Shown: positions 55,500 to 64,000 of the stretch, in pieces
Numbering within the stretch: position 1 is the stretch's first letter
Layout of the letters: the number at the start of each line of letters is the position of its first letter
Source of the DNA: a virus
IMG/VR virus record: IMGVR_UViG_3300028388_003280
Span: 54,197 to 118,196 of that record
Length of the DNA: 64,000 bases
Strand: one strand, 5' to 3'
Program-made: the position numbers and the translations under genes
Notes under the pieces: model-generated
What the model was told of the DNA's origin: nothing
The model's input: only the letters and a program-made list of their open reading frames with translations
Database searches by the model: none

Positions 55500-58400
55500 T
55501 GAGATCAACATACTATATTCGCAAGCTTCGCAGGGTGGTCAATGGGGTTCCGCTGACCATCATGGAGAAGGTGTTTCTCGATCAGGAGACAGATCTCCAA
55601 GAGGCTGAATCGATTCGCCACTCTGAACTCCTGGGCTTAGATCAGAACGACCATCCACAATATGCACTCTCCGGTAGTGTCCGTGAACTTGCCGATGCCA
55701 CCGAAGCAACTTTCGCACAACTCAGGGAACAGCTTAGAACAGGCGAGATTGATATTGAATCGCTGTCCGTTCTCGACCAGCTTGAGCAGCAGACGCCAGA
55801 CGACGTTACTGTCGAATTCAGTCTGGCCAATATTCCGATCACTGAGTCTTCTCCTCCGCCAAATTCTGTGTTGGCATTTGAGCCGTTCTCACAGACACTG
55901 GTCTGGAGAAATCCTGGCGACCTTCTAGCAGATATCTTTGATGTCGAGTTCAACGACATCCGCGAGTCCGTCACTAATGTTAGTGATTCGCTCGGCGGTC
56001 TAGCTGCACAAGTTAATCAGAACACCGCTGACATTTCGACGCTCGACACCACCATTTCGGAATATCCAAATCGGTTTGACTCTGACTATATCCGCAGCAA
56101 GCTTCTTCATCTGACATTTTTCAACGATGACAGAGGCGTGCTCGATAGCGGCCCAAATGATCTGACTACGAGTCACGGCCTTCAGTGGAACGACCACTCC
56201 ACCAGTGCAGACATGACCGGGTTCTATGCCATCGACGTTGGTAGCGGCGGATCTAGTGCTGAAGCGATCGCCAATGACTACTATGGCTTCAGGTGGACCG
56301 TTGGTGAAAACCACCCGGATGAAGACGAAATAAACTTCTCCATGCGGTTTACGATGTCCTCGAACGCTGATCGTGGCTGGGTCTTTACACGAGTAGGTCC
56401 AGGGTATATCCCAGTTGCAGCTATTGATACGACGGGCAACTTCTATCTTCGCGGAAACCAGATTGGATGGGATAACGCCGAGCCCAAGTTCCTGACATAT
56501 GACAACGTGCCAGACTCAAAGGACGGATACGTTTTCACGTATGATTCTGGTACGTCTGCTGTCACGCTTCAGTTCAACGCCGGTTCTGGCGGCGGAGGCG
56601 TCACCGAACACGGCGATCTAACAGGACTCCTCGACAACGATCATCCACAATACGCACTGACTGGATCGGCTGTTGAGTTTACTGTTGTTACTGCTACGAC
56701 AGGAACGCTCGTCCTCGGCGAAGGACTTGGCAATCCGCTTGGAATGACGTTAAAGCCTGATGTGCCTGGAACATGGTTCATTGGCTGGGACGATACGGTG
56801 GGTGAGCTCTACGCATCAAATAACATGACAGTTGATGGTGACCTGACAATCTCAGGTGATATCATCAACTCTGCGTTTACTGAGCTCAAGAATCACCGTG
56901 AGCGGATTGTTACGCCGTATGACTTTGGCGCCGTTGGCGATGGTCTGACCGATGACACAGCTGCCATCAACGCAGCGTTTCAGTATTGCTTTGAGCTCAA
57001 CACGGCTGCAACACCAACGTATATCACTGGATCGGCTAATGCAGTCAACGCGGCTCGGCTTCGAGCCGCTGAAGAATCATGGCAGGTACAGATGTATGGC
57101 ACGTTCCTCGTGTCAGATACCATCATGGCAAAGGCTCCAGTCAGGGGTCGTACCGCAACACTCGTCACACCAGAATCTGGGTTCACGGGAACAGTTCTTC
57201 AGATTGATAAGGGTGCGCCACGAGATACAACTGATTACGCAGGCTTGAATGGTGAAGGTTTCTGGTCGCAGTTCAAGGACTGCACCATGGAGCTCCCGTC
57301 CATCCTCATTCGACGCACGCCAGAATATCCAAGCAATGGCGATATCTTCCCACCGATCACTGGCGTTGAGATCTACAACATGACCTGGAGCACAGTGTAT
57401 TTTGGCGCTGTGCATGATTGTGATACCGGCGTTCTACTCACGGCGCCAATCAACGAGCCACGTGGTACAGAGCACAACCACTTCTTCCTCAGCGCCATCA
57501 AGGGCTGCAAGATCGGCTTGCTCCTCGATACTTCATACTCAAATTCTGGCTGGGTCAACGAGAACACGTTCTACGGCGGTGACATCAATGCTGGCGTATC
57601 TACGGGCGGCACCAGAGTACCCGGTATCAAGCACATTTGGATTCGGTCGAAGTACATGCCAGACGGCAGGCTTCTCGGTCCAGGCAAGAATACGTTCGTG
57701 CGCCCATGTCTCGAGGGATCTCGTGAGGAGTACACAATTCTATGTGAGGGTGCGAACAATGAATTCTGGCATCCACGGATCGAGACGTTTGGGTTCACCG
57801 GCGCGCAAATCTGTTTCTCTGGAAGCAATGTGGACTCTGCAGACTTCCGCGGCGGACACCAGAATGTGATCCGCGGTGGACTTGCTATTGACTGGATGCT
57901 CGACCCGGAAAATGACTACGGCTTCATTTCGTGGTCAGGCATCACGCCCCAGCAGAATACAAACCAGTTTTGGACCTCGAAGCACGCGGTCCAGTTCAGT
58001 ACTCGTATCCTTGATAAGGATGAGACTGATGGAAGCAACACAGCCGATATAATCTTTGGCAACTTTGATAGCTCGCATCCGTTTGGTCGACGCATGCAGC
58101 GTATCATGACATCACGCTCAGCATTCTTCCAGGATCCCGAGGGAATCTTCTCTGCAGATACAGGCAGCTTGTTCCTTGGTGGTAGTAGTGCCGCCGGCGG
58201 CAACATGTATCTGAAGACCAAGAGTACTGACTGGTCCGAGACTGGTTGGACAAAGGTTCATTCAGATCAAGATGGCGTTCGCAACATCACGGGTAGTCTC
58301 TACGTCAACTACGATGGTGAGAACGCCGCGTCGACTATCTATTTCTATGACGAGAACGGCTTCATTAACCCACAGGGTGCGCTCAGTCATTTTCTGCAAC

Positions 58401-58603
58401 CAATGAGGTCATTGCAGACGAAACACTGCGCGTCGGCGCGTCATATGCAGCTGTTGGAGTCAATGACAGCATCATCCAATTCGCAGATGGCTCAAAGAAT
58501 CTCCGGTGGGAAGCATCGCTTCAGCAATTCTCATTCAACGATGCGCTTGAAGTCCCTGGCATTACTACTGATCCCTACTTCAAGGCTGATGCCGACGGCG
58601 TAG
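55499..58603 (+). CDS. Tail fibre/tailspike N-terminal part with pectate-lyase-3-like beta-helix (depolymerase); frame likely lost after ~58390
   Basis: Two H.xL.GL..NDHPQYAL.GS repeats; VTPYDFGAVGDGLTDDTAAINAAF; beta-helix-like WVNENTFYGG. Confidence 0.75.
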   Translation: MRSTYYIRKLRRVVNGVPLTIMEKVFLDQETDLQEAESIRHSELLGLDQNDHPQYALSGSVRELADATEATFAQLREQLRTGEIDIESLSVLDQLEQQTPDDVTVEFSLANIPITESSPPPNSVLAFEPFSQTLVWRNPGDLLADIFDVEFNDIRESVTNVSDSLGGLAAQVNQNTADISTLDTTISEYPNRFDSDYIRSKLLHLTFFNDDRGVLDSGPNDLTTSHGLQWNDHSTSADMTGFYAIDVGSGGSSAEAIANDYYGFRWTVGENHPDEDEINFSMRFTMSSNADRGWVFTRVGPGYIPVAAIDTTGNFYLRGNQIGWDNAEPKFLTYDNVPDSKDGYVFTYDSGTSAVTLQFNAGSGGGGVTEHGDLTGLLDNDHPQYALTGSAVEFTVVTATTGTLVLGEGLGNPLGMTLKPDVPGTWFIGWDDTVGELYASNNMTVDGDLTISGDIINSAFTELKNHRERIVTPYDFGAVGDGLTDDTAAINAAFQYCFELNTAATPTYITGSANAVNAARLRAAEESWQVQMYGTFLVSDTIMAKAPVRGRTATLVTPESGFTGTVLQIDKGAPRDTTDYAGLNGEGFWSQFKDCTMELPSILIRRTPEYPSNGDIFPPITGVEIYNMTWSTVYFGAVHDCDTGVLLTAPINEPRGTEHNHFFLSAIKGCKIGLLLDTSYSNSGWVNENTFYGGDINAGVSTGGTRVPGIKHIWIRSKYMPDGRLLGPGKNTFVRPCLEGSREEYTILCEGANNEFWHPRIETFGFTGAQICFSGSNVDSADFRGGHQNVIRGGLAIDWMLDPENDYGFISWSGITPQQNTNQFWTSKHAVQFSTRILDKDETDGSNTADIIFGNFDSSHPFGRRMQRIMTSRSAFFQDPEGIFSADTGSLFLGGSSAAGGNMYLKTKSTDWSETGWTKVHSDQDGVRNITGSLYVNYDGENAASTIYFYDENGFINPQGALSHFLQPMRSLQTKHCASARHMQLLESMTASSNSQMAQRISGGKHRFSNSHSTMRLKSLALLLIPTSRLMPTA

Positions 58604-61600
58604 CCCTTGGTTGGCAGACCACAGACGGTTTCTACAACGTCTCGATGACTGGTGTGGTCGGTTTGCTGTCTGGTGCGTTGCAAACGAACCGCATTCAACT
58701 GTACAACACCCCGACTGTTCTCGGCGCCGCCACGCGAGAAGCGTCGATCGACTTTGCGAACGACGTCGGTACATCCAAGTTCTGGCTCCACCTCGATTCG
58801 GGCAACTCGTACAATACGCTTGTCCTGAAGGATGCCAACGTTTCAAGCGCGCCGATCATGACATGGGATCGCGAGTCTGGTGCGACCTACGCTGGCGGCT
58901 CCATCATTGTCAATTCAGAGGATCTCGGCGTCAGTGACGGTGGAGCATCCGGCTCAAAGATCTTCTTCGAGAACGGCACCGATCTGTTCACACATCGCAT
59001 CCGCGTCAACACAGGCCAGTTTTTCATTGAAGGCGGTGACACCAACGTCCAGAATAACCTTGGCGTTGGCGAAGATGCGTATATCCGCTCTGCAAACCTC
59101 TCTGACTCAGATGCATACGTTTATTTCTACGACGGTGGATCTGTCACCGGCCAATATCTCCGTTGGGACGACAGCGCACAAGAATTCCAATTCTCGACTA
59201 TACTTAGCGCTACGACCCTCCGCACCGATAACCTGAACTTGAACGGCACGTCTGTTCTGTTTAACGCTGATGGACCAAACAGTAATATCAATCTTTACTT
59301 CTATGATGACACACCAGTTGGCCAGTATATTAGATGGCTTTCAACCCAATCTAGGTTTGAGTTCAGCACTGACATTCAGGTAAATGGTGGCATCACAGCC
59401 CACACAGATTCTTACTTTGGCCAAGAGCTCTACCTTACAGCTGGTTCTGTTGTTTACCTCACAGACGCAGTCTCTGCTACAACTCCGTGGGCAAATGGTA
59501 CGCACTTCGCGTTCGGTGATTCGCTCACTGGTACGATGGCTATCTGGGGTGCATATGGTTTGGAGCCCGAGAGCGTTGAATACATGTTCGCTGGCTCGTC
59601 GTGGGACAATGCGCCCCTCAAGGTTGTACCAAGCAGCGGATACGTTGGCATCAATGTCCCAAGCACCAATCTCCCAGTCTATGAGCTCGACGTCTATGGA
59701 TCCGGCCGATTCAACAATGATCTGATCGTCAGTGGTAACATCCTTGCAGATGCTGTATCGTTGGCATCACTCGAGGCTCCACCATATTTCAAGGCAGACT
59801 CTGATGGTGTCGCCCTTGGTTGGCAGACAACCGATGGTTTCTACAATGTCTCGATGACCGGAACCGTCGGCCTTCTGTCTGGCTCACTACACACAGGTCG
59901 TATCCAGGTTTACAATTCACCAACGGTGTTTGGTGATACTACCGCAGGCCGCGAAGCTTCTATTGACTTTGCCAACAGTCTTGGTACACCTATATTTTGG
60001 CTATATGCCGATTCCGGAACTGGTTACAACACTCTAGTTCTAAATGAGGGCTCAATCGGATCCAACGCCCTCATGACGTGGGATAGGCTAAACGATCGCG
60101 TCGGTATCAATCAGGCCACACCGGGCCGAAGCCTTGATGTCTGCGGCGACACGCGCCTTGCTGGTGCTGTATTCGCCGGCGGCTCACTGACAATCAATTC
60201 AGAAGATCTAGGCAATGGCGACGCAGGCGTAAATGGGTCCAAGATCTTCTTTGAAGATGCCGGTGACCTTACGACGCACCGCATCCGGGTTCAGAACAGT
60301 GCATTCAATGTCGAAGGCGGCGACCTAAACTCCGATAGTAACATCACTGCTTATCTCGACATGGCGTTGGGTACACAGCCCGGCGCCCGCGATCCAGCAA
60401 CAACTGACACGGTGCTGTATTTTGGTGCCGATATTGATCGCGAGCTCAGGTGGGATGCATCTGACCAGCGCTTCGCGTTCAATTATCCACTATTCGTCGA
60501 TGGCACATTCAGTGCAGATTCTTCTTGGTTCAGTGGTGCCGTAACTGTTGGTGCACAGAATAACACTGTTACCACTGACTCTGTTCTGTTCTTCACTAAC
60601 GATTCTTCAAAGAACTTACGCTGGGATGCAAGCGCACAAGCGTTTAGGTTTACAGATTCCCTAAGTGCATCGTCGTTTGAGACTGGCCGCTACTTCAAGG
60701 CTGATGCTGATGGTGTAGCCCTTGGGTGGACCACCACAGACGGTTTCTACAACGTCTCGATGACTGGTGTGGTCGGTTTGCTGTCTGGCGCACTCCATAC
60801 GAACCGCATTCAACTGTACAACACACCAACTGTCCTCGGTGATGGCTCCCGCGAGGCCTCGATCGACTTCGCAAATGACATTGGTACATCCAAGTTCTGG
60901 CTTCATCTTGATTCAGGCAATTCGTACAACACGCTTGTTCTGAAAGACGCTAGCGTTTCAAGCGCGCCGATCATGACATGGGATCGCGAGTCTGGCATGA
61001 CGTATGTTGGTGGCTCTCTTGTCATCAACTCGGAGGACTTGGGCAACGGTGATGGTGGTGCAATTCAGGGCTCAAAGATCTTCTTTGAGAATGCTGGTGA
61101 TCTAACGACATACCGTATCCGCGTCCAGGGCGGCCAATTCCTTGCAGAAGGCGGCGATTGGAACACGGACTCAAACTTCGTCGCAGCCGAAGAAGCCGCA
61201 TTCGGTACCGAGCGCGATCCAGCAACAACTGATACTAACATCTACATTGGTTCTGCACTTGACCGCACTTTGAAGTGGGATGCTTCAGAACAGCAATTCG
61301 TTTTTAGTCATGAGCTTTATGCACCGACTATCACGGCTGATACGATTGATGTGGGAACCTTCAGTACGGCTACAGTGTGTGGTACGACAGCTGTTGTTTC
61401 TGATGGAGCACTGTACACGAACTATAATGAGACTGCTGCCGATAGCGTTGTTTATTTCTCAGGAACAGAGCACGACCTAAGATTCTCCGATAGCACTAAG
61501 CGCTTCGTGTTCAGTGAGGGCCTTTCGATACCAACTGGTGGCATCCAGGTGACCGCAAATGTCTCCGCATCGAACTTCAATGCGACGGTTGGTGTCAATT

Positions 61601-64000
61601 CTGACGGTTATGTGCGCGCAGATACTGATGTCTACATTGATTACGATGAAACTGGCGGAGACAGCTTCCTGTACTTCTGCGGCACTGAACGCCAGTTGCG
61701 CTGGGACAGCTCGAATGATTCATTCGTCGTTAACACCGCGCTTTCTGCAACTGGCGGGATAACCACAGATTCTACACTTAGAGTGGGTGCCGCAAACGGG
61801 GCTACCGGTGTAATTGACAGCGTCATCCAATTTGCAGATGGGTCGAAGAATCTCCGGTGGGAAGCGTCTAATGCAACCTTCTCGTTTAACGATGCTCTGG
61901 ACGTTCCAACTATTACTGCTGATCCCTACTTCAAGGCCGATGCTGATGGCGTAGCTCTTGGTTGGCAAACTACCGACGGTTTCTACAACGTCTCGATGAC
62001 TGGCACTGTGGGTTTGTTGTCTGGTGCACTTCACACTGGCCGTATTCAGCTGTACAACTCTCCAACTGTGTATGGTGAGGAGGGTTCCCCCCGAGAAGCA
62101 TCAATTGACTTTGCAGACGACGCCGGTGCATCTAGGTTCTGGCTGTATGCTTCATCTGGTAACTCCTACGACACACTAATACTCAACGAGGCCTCAGTCG
62201 GCTCAAATGCGCTCATGTCTTGGAGCCGCACAAGCAATCGTGTTGGTATCAATACGGACAGCCCGACGTATTCCCTCGATGTTGTTGGAGAAATTGCTTC
62301 GACGTCTAACATCTACGTTGATTATGATGGGACTGGCGGCAACAGCTACGTATTCTTCTGTGGTACTGGTCGATACCTTACATGGGACACCGCATCTGAC
62401 CGCTTCGAATTCAACAAAAATGTCTACACAACTGGGTTCTTTGAGTCTGTAAATGGTGGCACGTTCGGAGTCCGCGTCAACACGCCAGAACTTCGCGTGT
62501 CCGGGGAGGACATCTTCCTTGGGCATGATTCTGGTGTAAACCAAGATCTGACCATCTATTTCCACCACGACGCAAGCAATACAGGTCGTTGGCTTCGTTG
62601 GGACACGAGTGAGGACCGCTTCGCGTTCAACGACGATCTGTACACGGAGGGTCAGGTTCGTGCGAACTCTTCGATTTGGGCGCAGGCGGGAAGCCTTCTG
62701 ACGAGTGCTAATCTCTATCTTGGCTACAACCAGTCCGACGGTGACCGCTTCATCTATTTCGCTGAAGGTACGAACACAGGTCGCCACCTGAAATGGGACG
62801 ACGGCTCCAGCCGATTTGAATTCAACGATACAGTTTATGCCGACGCATTCTGGTCAACAGGCAATCTGATTTCCAACAACGACCTGTACCTGAACTACGT
62901 TGGTCCCGACGGCGATGCGAGCATCTACTTCTACGAAGGTGGCTCTGCAACCGGTCGCTACCTGTCGTGGGATGATAGTTCGAACAGGTTCGCGTTCAAT
63001 GACACACTGTATGCTCCCCAGTTGACCACACCCGATGTGCTTATCACCCAGAATTCAGGGGATGCACTTCGCCACAATTCATCACTGACCGTCACCATGT
63101 CCGGCACATCCGCTGGCTGGTACCGTCTCGCAACGTGCGGAAGCGGATCAGGTGAGCGTGGTGGTTTCCGTGTTATTCTCTCAACGCTCGGTGGCAACTG
63201 GGCTCCAGCAACATTCATCATTGATGTCTTCACAACCTGGGCAGCAACGTCAGGTGATTCAACTGTCCACATCACAAAGCATGGGACACCAAACTACATC
63301 CTTGACGCCCGCATTGCTTACCGAGGAACTGACAAGTCCCTTGAAGTCTATGTGCCCGCTGATCCTGACGGTCATCAGTTCACTGTTTACACTCAGACCA
63401 TCAATGGCTACAACCGAGACTGGCAGGTTGAGACTGGAACCCTACTCGAGACTACAGCTCTCGGAGTCCCTGACGCCACTATTGCTCAGGCATCCTCGAT
63501 CACATCTGCCGCCGGACAGACATACGAGAACCTTGGTGTCACCGACAACATCTACATCGGTGTTGGTGGTGGATACGAAGGTGACAAGGACCGCTTTATC
63601 TACTTCTACGACGGTGCCAGCGACACGGGCGAGCATCTCAGGTGGGATGACAGCGAAAATAGCTTCTACTTCACGAACAATCTCAACGTTAGCGGTGGTG
63701 TCCGAGGCGATACACTTTCGTCCGAGGGCGGCGTATTTGTCAACATCGATGGTCCAAACTCCGATTCGTACGTGTACTTCTATCAAGACACACTCGTCGG
63801 TGCGTATATGCAATGGGACACCAGCGACGAGAGGTTCACATGGAGTCATGGTGCGTATGTTGGATCTGGTGGTCTTTCTGCAGCTACTCTTTATTCAGAC
63901 TCGTCACTGAGGCTAGACAACAATGATTCTGGAACCGCGCAGATTTTCTTTGACGACGCAGGTCAGAATCTAACGTACAATGCATCTAACCAGTATTTCT
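58369..64000 (+). CDS. Tail fibre C-terminal repeat region (frame 1, runs off window; not in ORF track)
   Basis: Frame-1 reading shows repeated YF...LRWD..S..RF.FN units and four YFKAD.DGVALGW modules; no stop in the stretches read. Confidence 0.8.
58576..62230 (+). repeat. Four ~300-bp module repeats (start 58576, 59785, 60691, 61927)
   Basis: YFKAD(A/S)DGVALGW.TTDGFYNVSMTG.VGLLSG...REASIDFA...FWL...GNSY.TL.L...MTW.R. Confidence 0.85.

Noticed and set aside
58576-62230. Diversity-generating retroelement TR/VR pair
   Set aside because: All copies are in-frame coding; differences are mostly synonymous and not adenine-specific; no reverse transcriptase in the window
58580-63910. Small ORFs listed in the track after 58.6 kb
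   Set aside because: Off-frame shadows of the open frame-1 fibre gene
1-64000. Stop-codon reassignment
   Set aside because: TAG, TGA and TAA all terminate coupled genes, and conserved proteins are intact in the standard code

Overview
This 64-kb window is a segment of a large (probably jumbo) tailed dsDNA phage with a contractile, T4-like baseplate. It is almost entirely coded on the + strand, uses the standard code, and has many ATGA-coupled genes. In order it contains: (1) a nucleotide/DNA-modification region with a T4 gp42-like dCMP hydroxymethylase, four glycosyltransferases, a HAD 5'(3')-deoxynucleotidase and a free-standing GIY-YIG/NUMOD3 endonuclease; (2) a phage sigma-like factor followed by baseplate genes (gp25-like, gp6-like) and small proteins carrying prohead-protease-type (L/I/V)-x-E sites; (3) three islands of tiny early/accessory genes (19.8-24.5, 27.4-30.5 and 30.7-37.4 kb), with two 477-aa lipoproteins between the first two and a ~1-kb divergent non-coding region (31.4-32.5 kb) inside the third; (4) large virion/baseplate genes (38.8-49.9 kb); (5) RuvC-like resolvase, primase and an oddly split SbcD/SbcC; (6) a giant repeat-built tail fibre/tailspike that changes frame near 58.38 kb and runs off the window end. 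Two promoter classes can be read directly from the DNA: an early TGT(G/A)CA-N17-TAnnnT class (usually with TGG before the -10) and a late TATTTA class. No tRNA, rRNA, CRISPR array or DGR was found by eye. All family calls come from motif recognition, not database searches.
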